In this document: piece after piece, positions 10,600-23,967 of the stretch
How the letters are laid out: each line of letters starts with the position of its first letter
Position numbering within the stretch: the stretch's first letter is position 1
Assembly (NCBI RefSeq): GCF_006345805.1
Contig: NC_042998.1
Span: 111,848,001 to 111,912,000, forward strand
Direction: 5' to 3'
Length of the DNA: 64,000 nucleotides
From: Octopus sinensis
Lineage: Eukaryota
Position numbers and translations under genes: made by a program
Notes under the pieces: model-generated
What the model saw: only the letters and a program-made list of their open reading frames with translations
Told to the model about the DNA's origin: nothing
Databases searched by the model: none

Positions 10600-10917
10600 T
10601 GGTATCTCGTTGATAGAGCACATCAGTAGCGAGATCATTAGAAAGAAGTCCGGCGTGAGGGATGTCATCGCAGAGTATACACGCAGCAAGTTTAGATGGG
10701 CTGGACACGTCGCCCGGCTAACCGATAATCAGTGGACCCGCGCGAGCGGAAACGACCACCTGGAAGGCCTTCACGACGGAGGAGTTACGATTTCAGGAGG
10801 ACGATTGGGATCACGTGAATGAGAAAGGCGCGATCCAGAGAGGAGTGGACAGCGTGCTGTGATCAGTGGTGTCAAATGGACGCCTGACGGACTGGTCTGT
10901 CAAGGTGATCAAAGTGA
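10600..10917 (+). mobile_element. RTE-clade LINE 3' end
   Basis: IIRKKSGVRDVIAEYTRSKFRWAGHVARLTDNQWTR, then after a frameshift RKRPPGRPSRR; ends at a (TA)n tract. Confidence 0.8.
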
Positions 10918-11529
10918 TATATATATATATTATATATATATATATATATAATATATATATATATCATTATTGTGGTTCAGAAGTTTGTTTCGCATTCATG
11001 TGGTATCTGGTTCAGTCTCACTATGCGATACCAGGAGCATGAGTCGCCCACTAAAGCTCCGAGTCGATCGATGCTTCGTGTGAATGTATTTGATAAACGA
11101 AACCCCTGTATGATAATCTGTTGCGCGCGCCCGCGTGTACATGCACGCGCGCGTGTCTGTGTGTGTGTTGGGTTTTAACAATCACGGTAATTTAATGGTT
11201 CGACAAAAAGAAAACGAAAGTACAAGTACCAGACTTTAAACTGAATACTGTGGTCTATGCAATCAACTAAATCCGTCGAGGAGGTGCCTCAGTTTGGACG
11301 CAATTCGGTGTCAAAGCCTTGCGAACAGTTTCCGTTTATAAAATTCCATTGATAAAGCATTTATCAATTCCGGTTAGAAATGTTAGAAAACATTTGCCTA
11401 AATTGTAGTGTCGTCAGACTGAACTCAAAACGTTCGAACTGCGAAGCGAATTTCTTAACCATTCACCACAATAGCAATTAGAATTAGTGTTTTATAATAT
11501 ACATTATAAAAAACTGTAAAGGTATAATA

Positions 11530-11756
11530 CAATAATCCCTCGCTATATCGCGGTTCACATATTGCGGTTTATTATTTAAGCTTACGTCGATTCCTCTGTA
11601 ATGTTGTTTTGCATTTATAATAAAATAAATATATGCAAATTATAAAAATAAAAAAAATAAAAAGTAAAGGAGCACAGTAATGTTTCTACTTCACGGATTT
11701 TCACCTATCGCAGCGGGTTTTGGAACGTAACACCCGTGATAGTCGAGGAATTACTG
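11530..11756. mobile_element. pogo/Tigger-type MITE (227 bp)
   Basis: TA|caataatccctcgctatatcgcgg ... cgtgatagtcgaggaattactg|TA: imperfect TIRs and TA duplication. Confidence 0.8.
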
Positions 11757-11889
11757 TATTGCAAAAAAGTGTAGGCTCCGTTAGTTGCTAAAAATCAACT
11801 CAGATTGTTTTTCTAGAATCACGTACAAGACATTTGAACGTGTATATATATAATAGGAAAATGCGTTGCAACAAATATTCCAGCTCTTT

Positions 11890-12010
11890 GCATTCTGTGT
11901 TCAAATCTCGTAGCGATCAACGTTGCCTTTCATCATTCCAGGGTCGATAAAATGAAATACCAGTAAAGTACCAGAATCGATCTACTGGGGTGCAAAAATT
12001 TGAGGGTTTC
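11890..12010 (+). mobile_element. Family A SINE fragment
   Basis: gttcaaatctcg..gcctttcatcattccagggtcgataaaat. Confidence 0.55.
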
Positions 12011-12199
12011 TTTCTTTTCTTTTAAACGATTAGTTCCCTTTATATTCTTATGAATTATCTCCCTTACATAAAGTACAGGGGCTCCTTATTGCGTGCAGGC
12101 AGCTGTATCCGTTTACGTCAGGCAGTTAGATGTTGGTTGAACATATTACATTGAAGATCCAAGAACAAATATGAATAATTACAGGCTTATACACACACA

Positions 12200-12271
<72 letters not shown>

Positions 12272-12875
12272 TACATACATACATACATACATACATACAT
12301 ACATACATACATACCCTGATAATGTTTTTGAAATTCTAATGAAGGAGCCGTGGATCTCGGTTAGAAGTCAGCTCTTTCTCTATTGGCAAGAAATCTTGAA
12401 ATAAAACGGATTAATGACAAATACATATACAAGACTTATCTCAGGTTCAAAATGAGAGCGACGAAGTTTTGTATCGCTTTTAAAAAGCAGCTCTTTCGTC
12501 AGAGAATTCAAATCAAATATACGAATGACTGTGTGTGTATGTATGTGTGTGCGCATGCGCGCGCGTGTATGAATGGATGGTTGAAAGATGTTATGTAAAA
12601 ATTAGTTAAAGGAATCTGTATCTGATTTGTAGCAAATGTGAAAAGAAGATGAAATAAGGATGAAACCTTAGATTAACACTTGTCGATTAATTTGGGAGGC
12701 GGCATATATGTTACATCTGCAGTTTGTGAAAGCATAAACTTTAGTTGGTTTATTTATATTCAATTTCTTCGTTGCTGCATTTCCCTCTTATAATCTTTTA
12801 ATTGTTGTCTGAATTTGTCAGCATTTTAATACACATGCGTGGGCGCGTACACATGTATGCATGTATGCCTCTCTC

Positions 12876-12984
<109 letters not shown>

Positions 12985-13231
12985 GCACACATATATATAC
13001 ACACGTAAATATCGAGCAATAAGAATGAGTGCTCAACACCGCGTTGGAGGATGAAATTGTGTATTAAGGCTATAATTGGATTGATGTTAAGAAAATTTCT
13101 TAATTCTTTAAGCCGATCACGTTTTAATCCAAAATGGAGATGAATGCCAATTTCTTTATGTGATTGACTTAAAGAGTTGCCAAGATATTTTTTAACATGA
13201 AATTAATGGTACCCTTAATACACGAACAAAG

Positions 13232-13460
<229 letters not shown>

Positions 13461-13531
13461 TAAGAATTTTTTGCGTAATACGATAAAAAAAAACAAGACT
13501 GTGTAGATATTAGAGCATTTATAGATAGAAG

Positions 13532-13583
13532 GTCTTACAGCTGTTTCCAGGATATTTATTAATAATATCCCTTCATTGGAGAC
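13532..13583 (-). ncRNA. Degenerate hammerhead-like motif (core CCAAUGA)
   Basis: Minus strand gtct-CCAATGA-ag-ggatatt..aatatcc-tg-GAAA-cagctg-TA-agac; all three helices pair but U4 and G5 are mutated. Confidence 0.45.
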
Positions 13584-14654
13584 GGTGTGAGAGGAAAGTT
13601 AAGTCATAGTTAGTTTCAAAACTAGAGAGTGGGGTGGAGGAAAGAAAATAGATGCAAGATATGTATGGGTACTGAATTTGTAAATCCATTTTATAGGCAT
13701 AATTCCAATATCCTTTGAGTAAAATCCAAAAGTCCAACAGAGTTTAATGTAAGTCCTTCCAAATATAGAGTTTATAAGCAATGTAAGATTCCCTTACATG
13801 AGTGAGATCCAGCAGATTTTTAAACTTGGTCATTCCCAGTTGGGAATTTATATACAGTGTAGCAGATTCAAGGTTTGTATTTAAAATGACCTAGAAATAG
13901 GGAGTGTATTAGTATAGTTAAATTAAAAGTAGGAAGAGAGGAATGAAATAAAGAGAAAAGAAAAAAAAAGAAAGAGAAAAAAGAGGAGAGAAAGAAAGAA
14001 TGAAAGAGAAAGGAGAGAGAAGATTAGTAAAAATAACAAAATATAAAAAAAGAATAAAACCCTGAAGATATGAATAAAGGGAATAAAGAAAAAAGAAAAC
14101 TTAAGATATAGATAAGTCAGTGGTCAGTGGAGATAATTTGAAAGTAGGGGTGGGGATCGAGAGAGAAAGGTATTATAGTGTAAAAGATAGAGGAATGGGG
14201 GTGGAGTTAAGAGGTAGAGGAAAGACCAATGTGTAGTAGTAGCTTCTAATTGTGAGGCAAAGATATGAAGAATTAAGGAAATAGCAGTGTTTAGTAGTCT
14301 GAGAAAAAAAATATATATATATATATTACAACAGTTGTACAGATCAACAGAGAGATTCCAATTGTACAATTACGACTTTACACTGAAGGATGTATAACAA
14401 TTACAACTTTGAATCGATATACTTGCTTCTTTGTTAATCGTACGTGGCATTTTGATAAATATCATGCCAATAGTTAAGTGATTGATTCCTGAAATATTTT
14501 AGCAGCAGCCAATTCTAGCCATGAAATCGATTTTAACTTTTTTGTTACAGGAACATGTTCTTCCAAAGATTTTTTCCCTTTATTTCATTTACCCGTCTTG
14601 TTTACAATAAACAATTAAAATTCCCTAAGGATGATATTGTTTTTTCCAGTTTTT

Positions 14655-15230
<576 letters not shown>

Positions 15231-15579
15231 ATGAGCAACTTTTGGTCACGTTAGGATAAGCTACAGTAGATTCAACTTTGATTGTATCCTCTGTTTACCT
15301 TTAGGAGGATGCTTGTGAATTTATTAGTTTCTGCTTCGGAAGGAGTGAATACATAGTACTTGCTATTTTTTTCTGTTTATTTATTTATTGATTGTTAAAC
15401 CCCATATAATTTTCCTCCAAAATGCCTTCGGATATTTTGTGTAGTACACCAGCTGTTGTCATTATTGTGGAGCACAAGAGCACCAGGCTAGGTCTATTGA
15501 GACTGCACTTACGCATATACAGTGATGAATTATATAACAGTGGTGTGAGACACTTGTTATTGAAGAAGCAGAACGTTGT

Positions 15580-15890
15580 GTTCAGTAGCTGCTCGACCTA
15601 CTAGAAATAGCAGCCGAACTTCTGGAGGTACTAATAAGCCCATCATCCACCCTAAAACGTCTCCCGAAGTAACGCTACAGCCTAGTAAACCAACAAAGGG
15701 TATCTCTATCTAGTCGATCGACTTGCTACAAATAACTTCTAAATTTTCTTCAGTTTACGTTTCTTCTATCCAAAGAGAGGAACGACACATTGACAAAGTA
15801 GTGTTGAGAATAGACAGCAATAGCCACGCCTAGAATGTTTTTGATCATCAGCTTATTTAATTGGAGTTGGCCTTGGGCTAAACAACAAAA
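15580..15890 (+). mobile_element. Interspersed repeat family E (SINE-like tail)
   Basis: gctcgacctactagaaatagcagcc...gggctaaacaacaa resembles the reverse complement of 19680-19850. Confidence 0.5.
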
Positions 15891-16314
15891 TCAGTTTTAT
15901 GAACTGATTATTAGATGCTTTTAGCAGAGTCTAGTATGATGCAAGCATTAGGTCACACCACTGAGTACCTCCACATCCATGTTCTTCTGGCAGAAATTTT
16001 GATCACGAATCAAAACCTGATGTCCTTTGTTGCACAAAAGAAAAACATTGAAATGAAGTGAAAGGTCTTCATGTCCACCACTTTCAAAATGCCACAAAAT
16101 TTAAAATTGATAAGGCTTCACTTGAAAACAAGCAAAATCATGAGGGTGATTTTTTAGATGATGGGGGAAGCTCCAGTGCAAGGTCGAGCAGTAGGATCTT
16201 AAAGAATTTGTTAAAAAAAAACCCCCAAATTTCAGGGAAACCGAATCACCCAGTCCGAAACCATCAAATGCATAAGTAATTCGTTTTCTTTTCTCCTTTT
16301 CCCCTTTCTCTCAA

Positions 16315-17090
16315 TATGGCAGTTCTGAGAGTGGGGTGTATAAATGCATGTAGACTAGAACACCTTTGGCTCGGAATCGTTGGGGTGGTGCGGTGCTGTT
16401 TCAGAAAGGCCTGAACTCTGAAGCACGGTCGATCATTCTGGATCTGGACGGTGAGTTGGTGGTCCTGGACGTCAACTCTACCGAAGTTGATGTCTTTAGA
16501 CTAGTCGTCGTATTTGATTCCGCTGGAATGAGATATCCAGATTTCTTCATGCGTTTGGAAGTTTTCCAGGGAATGTCCCACATTTTAGTGCAAATATGTG
16601 ATTGGAACGCAATCTTAGATACACGTTTGGATTATGTTGGATTATTTTGGGTTTGTGAGGACAAATAACACTCCTCTTATCATCTAGATAAGAGGAGTGT
16701 TATTTGTCCTCACAAACCCTCAGCAGTTTCCAATAGGCTGACACGTGTGAACTGAATTTCTCGAATGTGCTAATGTGGACATGGGTAAAGAGCATCGGGT
16801 CAACCATATCGTATCGAGATAGATAATTTTGTGGGCCAGCAGATAGGGATACCAGAGGTCATCCATAATTCAAATTGATTGGTAGCAAAAACCACAAGTT
16901 TGGGATCTGTACGGTCGACCTGGATAACTTGCATAAGCATAGATCCAGTTACAGGAATCTGAATGCGTCTTGCTAACCAAATTTACAGAGACCGGATTAT
17001 AGATCTAGTTAAGTGTGATTTAACGGAGGAAATCGTTAACAACCGATGGTGTTCAACTATGAAAAGAGCTATTAGATGAAAGTCCTTTTG
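16315..17090 (+). pseudogene. Old Tx1/L1 APE endonuclease relic
   Basis: MAVLRVGCINA.., GAVLFQKGL..DGELVVLDV..FRLV..DFFMRLEVF..DWNAILDTRLDYVG aligns with the ORF2 start at 41375; many stops and frameshifts downstream. Confidence 0.75.
16649..16719. repeat. Perfect 33-bp inverted repeat with 5-nt spacer
   Basis: gggtttgtgaggacaaataacactcctcttatc-atcta-gataagaggagtgttatttgtcctcacaaaccc. Confidence 0.98.
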
Positions 17091-18044
17091 TAACAATAAT
17101 AATGATTTCTGTTTTCTTCAAGGGTAACAAACTTAATCCATCACCTGATTTAAAACCATCACCTCATCCTTCTGTGGTTTTAAATGAAACTTCTAAAATA
17201 ATTTTATCAGAACTCTGGTCTGGGGGTAAGTGTCTTCTTTCTTTTTACTTTTTCAATTCTGAAGCACTGAAAACTTTATATGGTTATGACATTTAAAAGT
17301 AATTACAGATTTAAGCATAAAACAATGAATACATATCAGGTTCAGCAGAAACCAAATCTCACTGCGACTACAACTTCTAAGCAAGATTTATTACTATTTA
17401 CCCTGGTGTCTGTTCAAAAGTAAGACCACATCTACATTTTAACTGTATCCTCAGTATCCAACTTGCATGGATTTGCCTCTCTAAATATCATTTTGAATTT
17501 TGATCAATTCACGCGAATTACCTCATTTTTCAACGTGTCCAACACTATGACTACGAAATCGTTCCCATATGCAGACACTGCTTGTTTGTGTCACAGACGA
17601 CTTCAGTGTAACCCACCTCTGAAGTAAGGGTTCAGGTGCTGAAACGTAGAAGGGTAGTGAAAAACATGCATAATGACACATCGAATGGCTTCGCTTCTAT
17701 TTCTTGGTAAAGAGTCATTATGGAAATCTATTTGGCAGTTACCACAGTGAAACTTTTATGGAAAGAATTAAAACACGTTTACGTCCATCGCAGTCGGAGA
17801 TTAAGACATACTCGGATGAACGTTTCTTCAAACCTGAAGGATTCCGACAATCTGGCCCCTATTGTAATTCAGTACTTTGACTGCTATTCACGTTCAAGTC
17901 ACTGTGGCACCAACCACATTTAGAAGAATCGTCTCAGCCTTGAGACCTTTCTTCCATTTAATTCACTGAAAGTTGACTTGTGAGAGGTGCAAATCATATA
18001 AAACAATTCTAGAAAGTTTCACTAATAGATATCTTATTGAAATC

Positions 18045-18424
18045 GGAGGCGCAATGGCCCAGTGGTTAGGGCAGCGGACTCGCGGTCGTAGGATCGCGGT
18101 TTCGATTCCCAGACAGGGCGTTGTGAGTGTTTATTGAGCGAAAACACCTAAAGCTCCACGAGGCTCCGGCAGGAGTTGGTGGGGATCCCTGCTGTACTCT
18201 TTCACCACAACTTTCTCTCACTCTTACTTCCTGTTTCTGCTGTACCTGTATTTCAAAGGGCCTTGTCACTCTCTGTGTCACGCTGAATATCCCCGAGAAC
18301 TACGTTAAGGGTACACGTGTCTGTGGAGTGCTCAGCCACTTACACGTTAATTTCACGAGCAGGCTGTTCCGTTGATCGGATCAACCGGAACCCTCGTCGT
18401 CGTAACCGACGGAGTGCTTCCATC
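18045..18424 (+). mobile_element. SINE family B, full length with 12-bp target-site duplication
   Basis: A box tggcccagtgg, B box ggtttcgattcc; TSD cttattgaaatc at 18033-18044 and 18425-18436. Confidence 0.92.
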
Positions 18425-18680
18425 CTTATTGAAATCACATGACACAAATCATTCAACTGGAGACTCGGGCATTAACAACCAAACAACTAGTTTCCTCCGT
18501 CTTTATGCTTTCCTCAGGAGTGTGTTTCACAGGTCCTAGAGAAAGGGGGGAGGGGAGATATAGCTTACTTATGAAAAATGTTATTAAAAGCAATGTTATT
18601 GCTGGTTTACGTAATAGTACATTGGGTGGCGACAGCGTATTAATTAGCTAAAATATGAATTGAGTTTATGTGTGTACAAG

Positions 18681-18748
<68 letters not shown>

Positions 18749-19679
18749 TTTGTTGTATATATTTATGTACACACACACACGCACACACACAAAGTACTAT
18801 CAATCACATTCGTATATATATTTGTGTGTGTGTGTATGAAATTTGAAACAGAAGTTAGCATATGTGTGTGCATGCAAGAGTTGGTGAGAGGGAAAGCGAG
18901 AGGAGAGAATTAGGGGGAGCGTGAGAAGACAGACAAGGCATTCATTGTAAAACGAATAAGGGCGCTTTGAGTGAATATAATTTACTGATTATATACATTT
19001 ACATTTTACACGTGAGCATAACAGCATATATTTTTACCAACACGTTTCAATGTAAATGCTTATACATAAGAAAACCTGTTTATAATTACTCAGCATGTGA
19101 GGCGTGACATGAGTAATTTTTCTTTTTTTTGCTGACTAATATTATTAACAGCTGGACCACAGCTTCTATGTTCAACAACAAGAACAAGACATTCCTTTAT
19201 AATTCATATATTGATGACAAAAAATGAAACTAAGACATTCACGAAACACTCGTTATGAGTCATTTTAAAAGTGGAAATAAAACATAAATCTCTATATAGT
19301 GTGGTTGTGTCTCACATGGGCAGTGAATGATGGGATCAGTTGAGCGATGGACAATAATGTCCATTACTGGATTCAGTCACTGGACTGTGGCCATGTTGGC
19401 ACACCTCCTTCAAGAGTTTTCAGTTTTAATCATATCGATCTCTGTAGTGCTTTCAGCCAGGTTCTAATTTAATCTTTATCTCCTTCATCACGTGCTTAGA
19501 TGTGTTGCTTTTATTTACATAAAAGAGCGCAACTCGACGTACCGGTTTACACCAGTAAGCATAAAACACGGTCACGGACGTTGACACACACGCACACACA
19601 CACACACATTTGCACAAAAGGCGGGATGAGCTGCGATTCTTCAAGAAAGAATATATGGCTATGTTGCGTATGTAAGTGT

Positions 19680-19850
19680 TGCTATTGTTTAGCTCCGGAT
19701 CAACTCTGATCGATCAGATTAATAAGGAAAGGTATTCTAGTAATGACCCATTTTATCACTGTGTATTCTTCCTTCTTTTCAGACTCTGAAGTGTAATTTG
19801 AAGTAGATTTTATTGCTATTTCTAGCAAGTCGAGGGACCACGTAGATGCT
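19680..19850 (-). mobile_element. Interspersed repeat family E fragment
   Basis: gctatttctagcaagtcgag and gtttagctcc, homologous to 15580-15890. Confidence 0.5.
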
Positions 19851-20094
19851 CCTTCGTTAAATCCCTTTAATAGTTTGTAGACTTAATCTGTTTTTCGGTT
19901 TAACACCGCTATCCGGTCCTTAGCTGCCTTTATTGGAGTATACCTCATTACAAGGGTTGTGGACCAGTTCTGTACTCTGGGGATACCTTCGTATCTTCTC
20001 CGAGGTCCTAAAAAGAACATGGCCACATTTCATCATTAGACTATTCTGTTAAAGACACCCTGGCAAAGCTATTCAACTATTAATGTTCCAGTAT

Positions 20095-20717
20095 TCTTTT
20101 CTACTCTAGGTACAAGGCCCGAAGATTTTGGAGAGGTGGCTAGTCGATTAGATCGATTTCAGTACGCAACTGGTACTTAATTTATCGACCCCGAAAGGAT
20201 GAAAGGCAAAGTCGACCTCTGCGGAATTTGAACTCAGAACGTAGGACAGACGAAATACCGCTAAGCGTTTCGCCTGGCGTGCTAACGTTTCTTATTTCTT
20301 TATTGCCCACAAGGGGCTAAACAGAGGGGACAAACAAGGACAGACAAAGGGATTAAGTCAATTACATCGACCCCACTGCGTAACTGGTACTTAATTTATC
20401 GACCCCGAAAGGATGAAGGCAAAGTCGACCTCTGCGGAATTTGAACTCAGAACGTAGGACAGACGAAATACCGCTAAGCGTTTCGCCTGGCGTGCTAACG
20501 TTTCTTATTTCTTTATTGCCCACAAGGGGCTAAACAGAGGGGACAAACAAGGACAGACAAAGGGATTAAGTCAATTACATCGACCCCACTGCGTAACTGG
20601 TACTTAATTTATCGACCCCGAAAGGATGAAAGGCAAAGTCGACCTCGGTGGAATTTCAACTCAGAACGTAACAGCATTTCGCCCGGCGTGCTAACGTTTC
20701 TGCCAGCTCACCGCCTT
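20095..20717 (-). mobile_element. Head-to-tail trimer of SINE family A
   Basis: gctaacgtttc at 20281, 20494 and 20690 (periods 213 and 196); only the copy ending at 20717 has the full head. Confidence 0.92.
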
Positions 20718-21067
20718 AATTAATGTTTTAATATGTGTAAAGATGAGTGTCATCGTACATAGAGGACCGATTCTACAATTAGATTTCAATTCCCGTACGG
20801 TATTACACTTTCGCTATACGAGCCAACGGCATCGAACCACTTACTTTTCAAAGAAAAGAATATCGAATATTGAATATTTTAGGCTTAGTGGTGAGACATA
20901 CTTTCGGTTCCAGGTTAAGAAAATTTTTCTTTTTATGTAAGAGATAATATAAGTGTTAAATGTTAAATGTTTATGAAGCTAAGAAACAACAGCTTTAAAC
21001 GCATGTCTAAATCTGTGCGTATTTAATTTATTTATATCGCCCACATGTTGCATACACAAACACAGGT

Positions 21068-21130
<63 letters not shown>

Positions 21131-21254
21131 ACACACACACACATACACACCACCTACCCACCCACACACACATACTCATATAGGTACTAATGGCACTCTC
21201 TTTCTAGTAAACTATGTGTATGAGAAATATTTAACCAAAAGTAAACCGCTCTGC

Positions 21255-22430
21255 ATGCATTTTTCGACCTGGAGAAAGCATGTGACAATTTCCCCCGCTC
21301 TCTGATCTGAAGGCCACTACAAATGCTAGAAAGAGACGAATGGCTTGTGAAAGCCGTTCGAGTCGTTTTCATGGGTGCTGTCAGTACAGTGAGAGTTAGC
21401 AACAGATGCAACAATGAATTTAGTGTACAGATAGGAGTTCACCAAAGTCTAGTTATCAGTTTCCTCGTCGTTATCATGATCCTCTAGACCATAACAGAGA
21501 AGTTTAATGATGGTTACTCATGAGTACTCCTCTATGCTGATAGCCTTGTTCTTTTACCTGAATCTGATGACCTCGTTCTTATAGCTGAACCTGTAGTAGG
21601 ATTAGAAAAGAAATTCCAGTCAAATGCGTTAAAGTTAAAGACCAAAGTTCTCAGAAGCAAGAAAACAGAGAGTGCGTTAATCCTGCCAGAAAAAAATGTC
21701 CTGTTCAATTTGTAGAAAAGGTGTTGGTAGAAATGCCGTATGGTACAGTGGAAGCAAAATAGATTCTGTTGCAGATTCGCAAGAGAAATAAACACGAACA
21801 CACGGGAAATAGATTTTCTCGAATGTTCAAAAGGATTCTTAGAGGTTGCAGATAGTTTCTGTTACCTTGGTGACCTAATTAGCTGAGAGACGAAGATGTT
21901 CCGAAAGTATAGTTGTTAGAACAAGAATAGTATGGAAAACATCCAAGGAATTATTACTTCTGTTGGTAACAAAAAATCTCGCTCACAGAGAGAAAAACGC
22001 ATTGTATAATGCTTATGTACGAGGAAGAATACTGGTTGCCGTGAAACGCGGTCTTTAAATGCAGAGAACACGCGAAGACTAGAAAAAAATGAAACTAAAG
22101 CGATCCCCTGGATAGGTAATGTCTGTGCATGTACGACAAAGTGAAAATGTGTTGACAGAAAAATTGGACATTAGAGACATCAGTTGTAGTGTACAAGAGA
22201 GAAGACTGCGCTGGGATAGCCGTGTGATGCGTATGGATGAAAGCAACTGCTTAGAGAAGTACCGGTCCTTAAATGTGGATGAAATTTGTGGAAGAGTGAG
22301 AGCAAGGAAGACGTCGGACGAAATACTGAAAACAGATGTAAGGTTGTTGAACCTCACGAAAATGATAAATGGCCGATTTTGACGCTATGACCGATGATTG
22401 ACGATATGCTTTACTCGAGAAGACTCCATT
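21255..22430 (+). pseudogene. Degraded RTE (BovB-like) RT and C-terminus
   Basis: AFFDLEKACD..DEWLVKAV, GVHQ, LLYAD, DSFCYLGDLI, LRWDSRVMRMDE..GRVRARKT; many stops and frameshifts. Confidence 0.8.
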
Positions 22431-23249
22431 TTCAGTAAAGAAATGAGGTCCTAAAAGTATATAATTTATGTCCTGTCACTGACCCTTCAGTCTGTATCAG
22501 TCAACCCGTCCTCACAATTTATCTTTCTAACACCCATCCCATTATCACTCTTCTAACTACTGCAATATTTCCTCAGTTTTAATACTATTATAGCAGAACT
22601 GGACATGTTTTGTCTCTCCTTGTAGTACACGTTATACTCCTGGGAACCACTTCATTTTGTCTTCCATCCTGCATTTTAAATATCATCCCTTACTACATTA
22701 TTTTCCCTTGAATAAATTCGCATGATAGATACTTCCCGCACTCTATTACTTCCTACATTCACCCCTACGTGTCTCTGACCTCCGTCAATGTCACTGTGCA
22801 AGCTTTTCTCACTTCACTTCACATTATCTCTTTATATCTCATCTTTTTACACTTTTATTATACTGCTGCTCTCTAACCCTTTTTGTACTACCACATATCA
22901 CCTTCTCCTCTCTGACTCACACCTACTTCCTTAACCTACTCCACCCCAAATCGATACTCACCACTGATCACAACTTCACCACTCTTCACCATTCCATTCA
23001 ATCATCTATTCCCTATCTTTGACCATCTGTTACTCTTCTTTCACACTCTTATGAACTTACTAAGCACTCTTCCCGATCTTCATTTTCTTGTACCTTGAAG
23101 CTTCACCCTGACATCTCATCACCATACTTCCTCTCTTTCCAGCTGGGGTAGCCATGTATCTCCCCTACAGCAAAACACCGGTTCCTACCCCTCTGTCATA
23201 ATTTTGCCTCCCAACAACTAGCACAATGATAACTCTCTCAATACCGTCA

Positions 23250-23467
23250 CTCACTCTAGGCGGCTTGTTTTGCATGTTACTTGGTGACTTCACTAGTGCC
23301 AATGTCATAAAAAAGTACTATACTGTGTAAAGTAGTTGGCATTAGGTAAGGACACCCAGCCGTAGAAACCATGCTAAAGTAGACATAGAGCTTGACGCAG
23401 CTATCTGACTTGTCGTATCCAATCGAACCGCCCATACCAGCAGGGAAGACAAGTGTTAAATGATAAC
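23250..23467 (+). mobile_element. RTE-type 3' tail fragment
   Basis: gttggcattaggtaaggacacccagccgtagaaaccatg..cagggaagacaagtgttaaatgat; assigned by pattern recognition only. Confidence 0.5.
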
Positions 23468-23477
23468 ATATCTAATG

Positions 23478-23563
<86 letters not shown>

Positions 23564-23574
23564 GTAAAAAATAA

Positions 23575-23715
23575 ATACAAACATGGACAAGAACGTGAAA
23601 CACCAAGGAGACGACACAAGAACCACAGGACGGGACATTCGAAGCCCTCAGTCATCAGTCAAGAACCAGATCATCTTCGCAATTTCGGCTGATTAATCTT
23701 GAGATTGCTCCGATA
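23575..23715 (-). mobile_element. Repeat family P1 (putative Penelope-like terminal repeat), copy 1
   Basis: Homologous to 34425-34740 and 48955-49230; carries gcaatctcaag, gaaattgc and cttgactgaNga. Confidence 0.6.
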
Positions 23716-23720
23716 TATAT

Positions 23721-23967
23721 ATACTCTTTTACTTGTTTCAGTTATTTGATTGCGGCCATGCTGGAGCATCGCCTTTAGTCGAGCAAACCGACCCCAGGAC
23801 TTATTCTTCGTAAGCCTAGTTTCCGTCTGCCAAATCCACTCACAAGGCTTTGGTCGGCCCGAGGCTATAGTAGAAGACACTTGCCTAAGGTGCCACGCAA
23901 TGGTACTGAACCGGGAACCATGTGGCTGGTAAGCAAGCTACTTACTACACAGCCACTCCTGCGCCTG
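23721..23967 (-). mobile_element. SINE family C with internal deletion
   Basis: Head, caccttaggcaagtgtcttctactatagcc and tail all present; central TG region absent. Confidence 0.85.

Noticed and set aside
17611-17656. ctgaagt...gaaacgta hammerhead-like string
   Set aside because: A9 is missing and helices I and II pair poorly.
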